DNA of 64,000 nucleotides from the human T2T-CHM13v2.0 reference genome, Homo sapiens. Positions 50,328-64,000 of this stretch are shown here, in pieces. The stretch is taken from assembly GCF_009914755.1 (NCBI RefSeq), contig NC_060936.1; one strand, written 5' to 3'. Position 1 is the stretch's first letter; each line of letters opens with the position of its first letter. The translations under genes and the position numbers were made by a program. Below the pieces are notes generated by a model that was given only the letters and a program-made list of their open reading frames with translations, had not been told where the DNA came from and did not search any database.

Positions 50328-50578
50328 CTTATTTGAAACCAGATTACTAGTTAAGAGGTTAAAATGAGATATCGCAAAGAATCCACACTGAGGAATCAGG
50401 GCTTATACTTTTCAAAAAGGCTATTTCTTCTAGAGAAACATTTTAACTAAGTGTAGTGCTGAACTTTCATTATTATCCACTGATTTATTTTTGTTAGAGA
50501 ATGAATTCTGAATCAGTATATGTGGTTCCATGGAAAAAAGGCCAATTATTTTGCAATAATATTATATAAAATCCTCTC

Positions 50579-51126
50579 TGTAAGAATTAAAGAGGAAAGA
50601 AACATGAAAGGTGGCTCGACAGCCAAGGACAGGTTTATTTTAGAGAAAACAAACCTGAGAGGGGCTTCTGGCTGAGTTAGGTCAGAGCCTGCTCTCTTAC
50701 AGACTAAGAGTTTTTAAGGATTCAGGGTGGGAGAGTTTATCAGAGGCTTGGACTGCTTCTGTGTCTTTATTGTGCTTATCTGGGAGGGAGAGTTTCATGA
50801 CTGTTCCCATACATCTTCCTGCAGCTGCAGGCATACCCCCCAAGTCTGCTTTTAGCTTGCCTCTTAGTGCACCTGAAGGGAAAGGAATGAGCTTTTTAAG
50901 GCCCACTGTTTTACCGGGGCCCATTGTATGAGGGTGAAGTTTGGCAGAGACTTTCCCCCCACTTCCTCCTGTGCCGGAGCTGTCTTATCTTTGTTTTACT
51001 GTCTGCTCTTTCTGGCTGCTCCTTATTAGAAGGGAAGTGATTTCCTTGAAATGCATGAGGCTAGAAAGGGAGCTGGAACTTAAAATGGCAGTGGTTGTCT
51101 GAGATGACGGTTCTCCTGTTGTGTCA
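50579..51126 (-). mobile_element. LTR19-family solo LTR (in the intron of lectin domain D0')
   Basis: Minus-strand start TGACACAACAGGAGAACCGTCATCTC...TTCCAGCTCCCTTTCTAGCCTCATGC; TSD CTCTC/CTCAC. Confidence 0.8.
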
Positions 51127-51240
51127 CTCACCCTATTGTTGAAAATGGTACAAACATCCTCCTTATCCTGCCTATTATTTAATGCATCTCTCTCTTCTGC
51201 TTTTTGATATATCCCATCAATATTTTTCTCCATATGCCAT

Positions 51241-51490
51241 CTTAGTTCAGATCTTTATCATTTCACATGGTTTCCAACATCAGCCTTTTATCTGGTTTGC
51301 TGAAGTTTCCTAACCTCAGTTTGTTTTGTACACAGCTATCTGTATCATGTTTCACAAACGTAATTAGATTCAGTAACAAAAACAAAATGTATTGTTTACA
51401 ATAGAGCCATTAATATGCTGACTTCTGGTTATCAAAATGTCATTGCTTAAAGAAATAGATTGTGGAAGAAAGATCTGTGGGTGAGGATCT
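51241..51490 (-). pseudogene. Highly degenerate F-type lectin N-terminal exon (domain D0')
   Basis: QSISL...HINGSIVNN...KTN*...QIKG../VGNH./NDKDLN aligns with D2 (QSITF...KAI...VTNQ...*TNEA...VGDLFENGTTLN). The WWxVDL core is eroded and the donor is lost. It lies just upstream of the C-terminal exon at 50327. Confidence 0.5.
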
Positions 51491-52993
51491 TAGAAAATGT
51501 GAATTAAAGTCCCTGCTATATACCATATAATAAGTTTTATTTTCCTCATTTAGGCTTTAGTTTTCTCATTTGTAAAACAAAGTAGTTTAAATAGATGATC
51601 TCTGAAGCTTCTAAATCCTGATACTGAATATAGCTTGACTGGCCCATGGACATTCAGGTCTTTGCATTGAGTTTCCCATTAAATTTTCTGAGGCATTTTT
51701 TTTTCATTCAATAAAGTTTAAGGAACATGAGTCAGTAGCGGGCCCCATGTTGGACCCTGGGTGTAGAAAAATTCCCCACCCAGAGAAACAGAAGACAGCC
51801 ATCCATCCACATATTTGTACTACATCAATATGTACTCAAGGCAGCAAGAGCAGCATTGTACACAGTGCAATGGAAGGGCAATGATAAAAAATAGCTTTGC
51901 CTGAGGATGCTAAATGAAGATAATAGGCAAGCCTACATGGTAGATACAAGAATAGAAAAAAAAAAAACCTGAAAAGCAAGGAGGCAGAAAAGATTCAATA
52001 AAATGTTAGGTAGACATCTGATTAAAGTGGATTATTAAATACAAACTCCTAGTTAAGTGCAGTGGATTAAATGTATATGCTTATCTTTGCTTCTCCTTAT
52101 TTCTCTAAAATGATAATGCATAGATTAAAAAAATACAAACTGTAAAAGAAAAAAAAGAGAAGATAACAGCTGACCAGAGATGGCAAGAAAATTGGGAAAA
52201 ATTAGAGAGAATATGGACATGAGAAAATTCACTTAGAAGACTGAATAAAGATGAAAACTATGTACTCTACAAGTTCAGGGGAGAGCCAAAAAAAGCAACT
52301 TCCACTTGCATTGAGGAACTCCAAAAGTGTCAGAAATTAAAAATGCAAGATGCCTCTGAAGGTAGTTGTGCAGATAGGGCTGAAAACAGAAGGTCTGGTT
52401 TAAAGTTGGTTTGAGAATCAGTTAGAGCCTGTGCGGCCCACCCTTACCTCAACAGAGATGGGAGGTTTATTCTCTGGAGACACTGAATCAGAGGATTCAA
52501 TGTGAAGGATAGACATCTGCTATCCTTCACATTCAGGACAGCAGAAAGGTGAGGAGGCTGAACTGAAAGGGGTAGGGACTAGAAACCTACACACTGAAAA
52601 ATGAGACCCCAAGCTCCAGTCCACAACTTTGGGTTTGTTTACATGTAGACTTATTATTGTACAGGCAGAGGATTCTCATGGAAAACTGACATAGCAAAAA
52701 AAAAAAAAAAAAAAACCTAAGGATACTGGCAGCTAATGATTCACTTAAAAATAAGTCCCTACCTGTTACCCTACAGAGAAAGTCATTGGTCAACAGGTAG
52801 AACTTAAGTACAAAGCTTGCAATCAGCTTTCCAGTGCCGCACTATTAAATATGAATGGGAAGCTTAAATATTATCTGGCATTAGAGGGAAGCCTCCATTA
52901 TAAAATACACAGAAAAAAACTATATATAAAATATACAGAAAATATACAGAAAAAGTACTCCAAAAAATTAAAAGTGTAAGAAGAATAATGAAG

Positions 52994-54073
52994 TATCGGG
53001 GAACCTGCCCCCTGTAGTCACGTAGGTTCTTTTCTGTTTTCCCCAAGCGTCAGCCAGGTTGAGAAATAAAGGGACAGAGTACAAAAGAGAGAAATTTTAA
53101 AGCTGGGTGTCTGGGGGAGACATCACATGTCGGTAGGTTCCGTGATGCCCCCCGAGCCATGAAACCAGCAAGTTTTTATTAGTGATTTTCAAAAGGGGAG
53201 GGAGTGTACGAATAGGGTGTGGGTCACAGAGATCATGTGCTTCACAAGGTAATAGAATCTCACAAGGCAAATGGAGGCAGGGCGAGATCACAGGACCACA
53301 GGACTGGGGCGAAATTAAAATTGCTAATGAAGTTTCGGGTACCATTGTCATTGATATCATCTTATCAGGAGATAGGGTTTGAGAGCAACCAGTCTGACCA
53401 AAATTTATTAGGTGGGAATTTCCTCATCCTAATAAGCCTGGGAGCGCTATGGGAGACTGGGGCTTATTTCATCCCTACAGTTTTGACCATAGAAGACGGC
53501 CACACCCAAGGGGGCCATTTTAGAGGCCGACCCTCAGGGGTGCATTCTCTTTCTCAGGGATGTTCCTTGCTGAGAAAAAGAATTCAGCGATGATATTTCT
53601 CCCATTTGCTTTTGAAAGAAGAGAAATATGGCTGTGTTCCTCCCGGCTCACCAGTAGTCAGAGTTTAAGGTTATCTCTCTTGTTCCCTGAACATTGCTGT
53701 TATCCTGTTCTTTTTTCAAGGTGCCCAGATTTCATATTGTTCAAACACACATGCTCTAAAATTTGTGCAGTTAATGCAATCATCACAGGGTCCTGAGGCG
53801 ACATACATCCTCCTCAGTTTACGAGATGACAGGATTAAGAGATTAAAGTAAAGACAGGCATAGGAAATCACAAGGGTATTGATTGGGGAAGTGATAAGTG
53901 TCCATGAAATCTTCACAATTTATGTTTAGAGATTGCAGTAAAGACAGGCGTAAGAAATTATAAAAGTATTAATTTGGGGAACTAATAAATGTCCATGAAA
54001 TCTTCACAATCCACGTTCTTCTGCCATGGCTTCAGCCGGTCCCTCCGTTCAGGGTCCCTGACTTTCCGCAACA
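52994..54073 (-). mobile_element. MER11 (HERV-K11/HML-8) solo LTR
   Basis: Minus-strand start TGTTGCGGAAAGTCAGGGACCC; 1080 bp; 6-bp TSD ATGAAG. Confidence 0.93.
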
Positions 54074-54546
54074 ATGAAGCATTGAAAAAAGAAATCTAAG
54101 CAGCCCCAAAGATATGAGATAATATTGCAACCCTGAAACAAGAAAAACTATGTGTTTATTTAAAAAGCAATATTCAAAGAGCAAAACAACATCTCACAAA
54201 AAAATAAAAAGCCATTAAAAAATTCCATTAGGATGAAAGATAAAGCTTAAGAAACTTCCAATAGTACAGCAAAAAATGCAGAGAATGAATAAAATATAAT
54301 AATAAATAATAGATTTCTATTAAGAGGGAAGAAAGGAAACAGAGAAAATTATCAAATAAATAATAAGAAATAACAGGCCTACTAAGTACCCTGCACAACA
54401 AATGAAGACCTACACCAAACAATGAAGCATTTCAAAGCGCAGCTAGAAAGATACAATTCTAAAAGCTTTTAGACGTAAAAAGTCAAATACATGGGATTAG
54501 AAATCAGAATGTCTTTAAATTTCTCAATAGCTTGATGGAAACTAGC

Positions 54547-54944
54547 TGATATGGTTTAGACCTTTATCCCCTCTAAATCTCATGTTGAACTGTAATCCCC
54601 AATGTTGGAGGTGGGGCCTGGTGGGAGATGTTTGGGTCGTGTGGGTGGATCCCTCATGAATAGTTTGGTGCTGTCCCTGCAGTAATCAATTCAGGTAAGA
54701 TCTGGTTGTTTAAAAGGGTGTGGCACTTCCCCTGTCTCTCTTGCTCTCTCTCTCCCCCTGTGATGTGCTTGCTTCCCTTTGCCTTCTGCCATGATTGAAA
54801 GCTTCTTGAGGGCCTCACCAGAAGCAGATACCAACACTATGCTTCCTGTACAGTCTGCGAAACCATGAGGCAATGAAACGTCTTTTCTTTATAAATTACG
54901 CAGTCTCAAGTATTGCTTTATAGTGATGCATATGGACTAACACA
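54547..54944 (+). mobile_element. MST-family MaLR LTR
   Basis: TGATATGGTTT...GGACTAACACA; TSD CTAGC. Confidence 0.9.
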
Positions 54945-55763
54945 CTAGCAGACAATAGAAAAATGTTTTCAAATTCAAAGGAAAAATGATGTTTTATACT
55001 CAAAGTATCAGTCAATTGTAAGAGGAGAATAAAAATTCTTTCAGACATGCAAGTTCTGAAAGACCTAGAGACCAACCCATACAGACTGAATCAGAAGGCT
55101 TCAGAAAAAAATTAAACATTTTTCACTTCTGTAGGGGGAATTAAAGGATCAACCATGATCGATAATTTTTAACTCCAGGGAAAACAAAAATTTTTACAAG
55201 AAATTTAATCATAAAATATATGGCTCAGTTATGAATAATATTCATGTAGTTATAATAATATAAATACTTGAATACTGATTTAACCAAAAACTGAAATAGA
55301 CTTGACGGATGGGGGTTGGAAAAGTTCATGAGTAGGTAGAAGGGAGGGATATGTAAGAGAGATAATTTTTCCTCCTTCGTGGTAGGAAGTTTATAGATGA
55401 AACCCAAAACTAAAAAGTTTAGATGTAGCAGTTGTTACATGTTATTTAGAAATATAGTGATAATTACCAGAAGAAAAAGCTGGTTGATATCTGGAGAGCA
55501 GAAACTGGGTGTAGGGATAGGTGCAGCATTTTTGTCATTCGTTATACACTTTGTAAAACAATTGGATTTTTAAGACTAAATACATGTTTTATTTTGATTA
55601 AAAAAATCAAGATTAAATTATAAAAAGAGGCCAGGTGCGGTGGCTCACGCCTGTAATCCTAGCACTTTGGGAGGCCGAGGCAGGTGGATCATGAGGTCAG
55701 GAGATCGAGACCATCCTGGCTAACACGGTGAAACCCCATCTCTACTAAAAATACAAAAAGTTA

Positions 55764-55994
<231 letters not shown>

Positions 55995-57907
55995 CTAACA
56001 AAAAATAAAAAATAAACGTAAAGATAAACAACAATTTACAAAGAGCTAAAAACCAAATAGCCAGAAAATGTTGGTAATTGAAAACACGGGTCTGATGCTT
56101 TCAAAAGAGGTTTAGGTAAGAAACATAAATTCGAGCATCATCTTTAGTTAGGTGGTAAATTAATACATTAATTTGAATAAACTCATTTTAGGATAAATAA
56201 TGAGTGAGGAGAGAATGAGCCTTCCTGCTAGAAACAGACTGAAGATCCAGAAACTCAAATTTTAGGGTGCGGTGTGGTGGGTGGGCAGGTGACATGATCC
56301 ATTAATGCCCACCATCTGGGGAGAAACTAGGAACGGAACTTAAATGGGGGCCCTCACACCTCCGAAGCAATGGCTTAAAACAAAGTATAATCCCTGCTGG
56401 GAAATGTGGCCTGTATCAAGCTGCTGCTCAGAGTGGGAAGAGAGAAGACTGGCAGCCTCCATACCAGGACCAGGGCCATGCCAACCTTTGCTAGGTGCAC
56501 AAGAGCCCACAGAGCATTAAATATAAGCTATCAATTTAAGCCTGGAACGGAGCTGAGAAGTCCAGTCAGTCATGTGGACACAATCTTTAAGTAATCAGAG
56601 ACACAGTAAAATTAAAGAGTATATGGAGCCCCGACCCAGAATGCCATAGAGAGAGAAGATGCAAAACCAAGTGGCTGGGTCATGAGCGATTGACCCAGGT
56701 ACTTTGGTAAGGGGTTAATAGTGCGGACCCTGGAGCTACATTATAATAATTTAAATCTTGAATCCATTGTTTACTGACAGTATGATGCTAGCTATTTTTA
56801 CTTATCAGCCAATGTTCTTAGCTTTCTCATCCGTAAAACAGGTGGAAACACAGCACCTGTTTCATAGAATTTTTGTGAATCACCCTTTAAAAAGAGTAAG
56901 CACTCAGAAAATATTAACTATAAGTATACTTATGCATACTGTTTATACTATTAATAATTATTTTGTTATGTTAGTATTTTATGAGTTCCAGAAGTAAAAA
57001 ATGAAGAAAATTAAAAACAAGCAATATTTAAAAAGAAAGTGGCCGCGAATTTTCCCAAATCGAAACCCACATATCTTTTTTTTTTTTTTTTTTGAGATAG
57101 AGTCTCACTCTGTTGCCCAGGCTGGAGTGCAGTGGTGTGATCTCGGCTCACTGCAACCTGCCTCCCGGGTTCAAGCAATTCTCTGCCTCACCTCCCAAGT
57201 AGCTGGGATTACAGGCACCTGCCACCATGCCTGGCTAATTTTTTTGTATTTTTAGTAGAGATGGAGTTTCACCATGTTGGCCAGGCTGGTTTTGCACTCC
57301 TGACCTCGTGATCCACCAGCCTCGGCCTCCCAAAGTGCTGGATTACAAGCGTGAGCCACCGCGCCTGGCCAAACCCACATATCTTTAAGTGTACTAGAGG
57401 CAAAACACCTCAAAGACTGAGAGTCTGATGGAAAGCATGCTACTTTTTCATGCTACGATAACAGTTGCCATAATTAAATAGTTCCAAAGTGCTAAGAGAA
57501 AATTTCCCTCAATCTAGAATTTCATAAATAGCTAAACTAACATTAAAAAATAAAGACCAAATATAGACATTTTCAAACATACAAAGATAAAGTTTGCAAC
57601 CCACACATTCTTGCTAAAAGAAATACTAAAGGGCCCTGGTTCAGAAAGATGTCAAGTGAGTCCAGGAGAGGGAACAGGATGCAAGAAACAACTGTGAATC
57701 AGATGTCAGGAAAAATACTGGTAAATGCAATTAGCTATTGATTGTAAAAAACTTAGCTTGTAGTTACTCATAGCGTTTTCTTAAATTGTTTTTATATTCT
57801 TTCTTTATGTGTGCTGTTTAAAATTATTCTTAGCAGGCTGGGCACTGTGGTCACGCCTGTAATCCCAGCATTTTAGAAGGCCAGGGTGAGCAGATCACTT
57901 GAGGTCA

Positions 57908-58195
<288 letters not shown>

Positions 58196-58403
58196 TTATT
58201 ATTGTTTACAAAAAGTCTGCTTTTGGCTTTGGTTCTCCTATTTTTTTTTTTTTGTTTGTTTTCTTAAGGTTTTTATTTTACTGATCTCTTTTATTTTTCT
58301 TTCATTCTTTCTATAAATTAATTCATTTTTCTGTTTTCCTTATTCTTGAAATGGGATCTCACTTTGTTGTTCAGGCTAGACTTGGACTCCGGGGCTCAAG
58401 TGA

Positions 58404-58691
<288 letters not shown>

Positions 58692-60229
58692 TGAACTCCC
58701 GACCTCAAGTGATCTGCCCGTCTTCGCCTCCCCCAAATGCTCAGATTACAGGCATGAGCCACTGCGCTCAGTCTTTCTAAAACAGAAATTTGGTTTATAC
58801 AACTCCTGTGATTATTCTTAAATAACTTCACATTCGTTCAGATGAAAATCTAAATTCCTTAACAGTGGTATAGTCATTTCCTATGCCCCTGGCACCATTT
58901 CTCCCTTCCCTCTATTAGAGACTAGGTCAGAGGTGTAGTGCATAAATTCTGGTATAAATTTCCTGACTCCTCTTAAAAAAGTACTCTTCCTGGTTTTTTA
59001 TACCAGTATTCTTTTCCTTATTTCTAGTGTTACACTTATAAAACAGTTTTGCAAATACTTGTTTTTACTATATGTAATTGCACAGACCCTGAGTCCTATT
59101 ATTTGTTTCACTAGGGTATAAGAAAATGCTTGTCATATATAATACATATGATTATGGTAAACAAGAATGCATTGAAGAAACTATTGCCCCATCTTCTTTT
59201 CCGAATCCTCTAAGGCAGCACGGGAGATTTGTACTTAGAATAAATACTTGGATGTGTTGGGAATGGTAGGGTTGAATTCCCTAGAGGAATACAAATTTAA
59301 TAAATTGGAGAGCAGTCATAGAACTCTTATCATGCCTGCTGGTTTACTTTTTTTCTGTAAGCCTCTAATTGTAAGCAAGTGTTGATTTTGTTTCCTGAGA
59401 ATATATCTTCTATAAAGAACAAAACTATGATGTATTGAGCACCCTTATCCCAGACTGTGTAAAGCTTTTATGGCATTAGTGTTGTCACCTGAACACCATT
59501 GAATGGCCACACACCACACCTCCACTGACTTCAGCATGTGTGACATCTTTTAAGATTTCCTGTAAATAGCTGGGTGTGGTGGCATACCTGTGGTTCCAGG
59601 TAGAAGATAGAAGATCAGTGTTAGAGAACACTCATCATATTCTTATAACTTCACTTGATTAAAACAACTAGGCACACTTGAATCAAATCCAGAAGGAACA
59701 CTATTTTCTGACTACAAATACCCACCTTCACTGAACTGTTATTTTAGTGAGAAATTAATTTGTATTGCATTAAGCCTCTGAAAGTTTGGGATTTGTTTGT
59801 TCAGCATCTATAAATCTCTATCAATATTTGTAATAGATAACATTATTTATAGTTATAAGGAACAGTTTGGAGGAAAAAGATAATTAATTTAGAAAGAAGG
59901 TGCATTTCATAAGGACATATGGGAGTTAAAAAAAAAAAAAAGCTGGCCGGGCGCGGTGGCTTAAGCCTGTAATCCCAGCACTTTGGGAGGCCGAGGCAGG
60001 AGGATCACGAGGTCAGGAGATTGAGACCATCCTGGCGAACATGGTGAAACCCTGTCTCTACAAAAAAAAAAAAAAAAAAATTAGCCGGCCGTGGTGGCAG
60101 GTGCCTGTAGTTCCAGCTACTCAGGAGGCTGAGGCAGGAGAATGGCATGAACCCCGGGGGGCGGAGCTTGCAGTGAGCCGAGATGGCGCCGCTGCACTCC
60201 AGCCTGGGAGACAGCGAGACTCAGTCTCA

Positions 60230-60611
<382 letters not shown>

Positions 60612-61339
60612 TTATTGCCCAGTTAAACCAGATAAAATCGGATGTAGAGAAGATGAATGAAATCCCTTACAAATAAGCACTGGCAATTTTAAGGGGTGAG
60701 CAAGCAAACAGAGCAAAGAACAGTGCTTACAAACAGAGCTAAGAGAATCCAAACATGGTGTTTAGAAAAAATTGCTACCTGTGCAGCATGCGACGGAGAG
60801 GCAAATAGAAAAACATTCCATTCTCTGCCTCTCGGTCATGTATACTCTATCTTTCTTCAAGATTACATGGCCAAATGAAAAAGTGAGACTTTGTTGTGAC
60901 CCCCCGAAAATGTTCTACCTTTCCCTTTGTTTCTAAAGATTAAATGTTCAAAAACCTTACTTACCCCCACACCAATCAAAGGCACATACCCTGCTATTTG
61001 GAGGAGTAAATATTATTACTGAAGTATAAGTTCAAAACGTTAACCAATATTTGCTTTACTATGTTCACATAACCCAATATCATGTTTCAGATTTTATAAC
61101 TTTTTAGTTAAAACCTATGTAATTTTTTAAATGCTCCTTTTATTTACTAGGAAAACTTCAAGTCATTTAATAAGTATTTTCAAGTTTCTGATAGTTCAAA
61201 AACTAAAATGAAATGTCAGGAGAAATTGGGAAAATATATCTGAAAAATATGACATGCCAGTTTATAGTCATAATATATAAAATGATTCTTTAAAGCAAAT
61301 TTTCAAAGACTAACATTTGTATTGAAAATAAGATGGTAA

Positions 61340-61493
<154 letters not shown>

Positions 61494-63734
61494 TAGCTGG
61501 GATTATAGGCATGTGCCACCACACCTGGCTAATTTTTTATATTTTTGGTAAGGACGGGGTTTCACCATATTGACCAGTCTGGTCTCCAACTCCTGACCTC
61601 AAGCGATCTGCCCGCCTTGGCCTCCCAAAATGCTGGGATTATAGGAATGAGCCACCATGCCTGGCTTGACAATTCTTAAAAAAGAAAATCTAAATGACTT
61701 ATGTATATTATATGAATGAGTGATCAATCTTTTTTATAATCATTCATTCAACAAATAACTATTGAGCCATATTATTTTTCATTTTTTCAGATGAAAAGGC
61801 AAAATATCATTTTTCAGATAAAAATGGTAGCTTTAAAACTGTGATATTCAGGATTGATGAAAGTGTGAAGAAATGGGGATTTCAATACATTAATTGCAGA
61901 ACTTCAAAAGGGCAAGTTAGGCCCATATTTCAAAAGCCATGCGTTTCCCTTGATGTAGATATTCTACCTGTGGATATATATCTAAGTAAATGATCACAGA
62001 GGTTCACATTGATTTATATACAATAACATTTGCATAATTCATAATAGCTCTCAAAAGGAGACAAACAAAATGTCAAACAATAGGAAATTGGTTAAATAAG
62101 TCATGGTGTATTTATATGATGTTTAATAAAAGTTACATTGTGGAAACGTATTTTTTGACATGGAAATATTCTTGAGATGCTAAGTTAAAAAGAAAAATTT
62201 TAAATAATATGTATACTATTATTCTGATTATCCATTGCTTATAAATATGTTTGAAAATTCTCCCAAATATAAACAAATATGCCGTTCCATATGAATATAT
62301 TTGCATATAATATATGCTAACACATTATTAGCATATATTATATGCTCATCAGTGATGACCTCTGAGTGCTGTATTTAGGAGGCTTTTAAAATTTGTTTTT
62401 TTGTGTGTGCTTTTTCTATATATTTTGCCATTTCCCCCATTAAATAACCACTGCTTTTGTAATGAGAAAATAGCTACAAAATTGGGTTTTTAAAATTAGG
62501 TCATTGATAACCTTAGAGTAATTTCAGTATGTTATAAGTGTGGAAGATTTTTAAATTTGTTTGAGTAGTGAGTGTGACTGGAAGCGGAGGCAATGAATAG
62601 AGACTGCGCTTCAGAGCATCTGGCAGTAAGGAGCACTAGTGAGAAACAAGGGTAAGTTTTGGGGAGGTCAGATTGAGGGAAAAGAAGATGGGGACCAGGC
62701 GTGATGGCTCACACCTGTAATCCCAGCACTTTGGGAGGCCGAGGCGGGCAGATCACGAGGTCAGGAGTTCAAGACCAGCATGGCCAACATGATGAAACCC
62801 CGTCTCTACTAAAAATACAAAAAATTAGCGTGGTGGCGGGTGCCTGAAGTCCCAGCTACTCGGAAGACTGAGGCAGAAGAATCACTTGAACCCAGGAGGC
62901 GGAGGTTGCAGTGAGCCAAGAACGTGCCCCTGCACTCCAGCCCAGGTGACAGTTGAGACTCTGTCTCAAAAAAAAATAATAATAATAAAAAAATAAAAGA
63001 CGATGGGATATGAATATATTTGGAGGATAATGGGAAAAAGACAATGGGGAAAAACATTTGTACATAGATTAAGGTTATCTAGAGATATAATATCTTTTCC
63101 TTAGCCACGTACCTTTGTATATAGGTTCAAAGGAAATGAAAAATGCAAACTACTGTGCTCTTAATACATAATAAAACGTGTATAAACATGATGAAGTGTT
63201 AGAAGGTTGCATTAGGGTTCTCCAGAGACGTGGAATCAATAAGATAAAGGCCAAAGAACTATCGTGGGGGGTCTTCTTTATTTGTTATCATACTCTTCCC
63301 TTATGTTTAAATATTTACTGATACATAATAATTGTACATATTTAGGGGGTACATATGATGTTTTGATATATGCGTGTTTAGATTTTGATATTGAGAACAA
63401 AAGAGAGAATGGAGGGCGTCACAAGCAGTGTTTGTCACAAATAACATCGTGATAAAACCAAAAATAAAAAGAAACAATGTGTAATGATAAACTCAGGGAA
63501 ATTAGAATATGCATCACCTCAAGCATTTACCATTTCCTTGTGCTAAGCACATTTCAAATATTCTCTTAGCATGGGACTCTTAGCTGACCTCAGAATCTAC
63601 AGTACCATGGAACACTAGACTTCTGAGAAAAAAAAAAAGAGACTGAAATATCATTAAGATAGCATTTAATAGATAGCATGAAGAAAAGATAGTCATAGCG
63701 TGCAAAATTTCTTAGCTTCTGCAGAGCTTATAGC

Positions 63735-64000
63735 TTGCAGTGAACGCCAACTTCTCAGACAATTCCAGCTGAGTGGGGCCGTGGGGCAGCTCTTCTGAGA
63801 GAGTCCGCCCCAGCGTCCGTCCGCCAAGGATTTATTGAAAGGGCTTGTTAAACCACAAACATCCACTAGATGGCTTTTTTGAGGTGGGGTCGTGAGACAC
63901 CTGTGGCCTTGTAAAAGCGCTCAAACTGCATGCTCAGCAGGGTGTTTTCAGTATTCCTTATCACACCACGGACTCCACTCCCTGTCCTGTTTTCAAGGTC
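63735..64000 (-). mobile_element. Probable LTR, family not identified, runs off the window
   Basis: Abrupt GC/CpG-richer block with AATAAA on minus (~63830). Confidence 0.35.

Noticed and set aside
50309-51282. Segment missing from the duplicate starts AAG|GTAGGG and ends near CAG on plus, suggesting intron loss through an RNA
   Set aside because: The junction does not match a clean splice product, and the underlying gene is on the minus strand. A simple deletion explains it.

Overview
Human-type genomic DNA (Alu/L1/ERV-rich). It holds the first coding exon, start of intron 1 and proximal promoter of GUCY2C (minus strand, ATG at 3885), plus ~60 kb of upstream, mostly repeat-derived sequence; GUCY2C maps to chr12p13.1. 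Upstream lie a young HERV-H provirus with two near-identical LTR7Y-type LTRs (12792-18017, same strand as GUCY2C), solo LTRs (LTR7, LTR9, LTR30, MER4A1, MER61A, LTR19, MER11, MST/MLT1), a truncated MER84 provirus, long decayed L1 blocks and about 30 Alus. Almost all ORF-track entries are repeat artefacts. The main discovery is in the non-repeat AT-rich islands on the minus strand: degenerate exons of a multi-domain F-type lectin (fucolectin) gene. The clearest exons are 46057-46338, 44826-45084 and 50181-50327; others include 51241-51490, 49770-50135 and probably ~19870-20790. They keep family motifs (QSS...DG, WWxxDLG, VTNxxxCC, MxGRYV, LTLC) and, where intact, compatible splice phases, but carry stops and frameshifts. 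This reads as an unprocessed, probably unitary, pseudogene of a lectin family regarded as lost in placental mammals. All translations and alignments were done by eye, and repeat subfamily names come from recalled consensus sequences.
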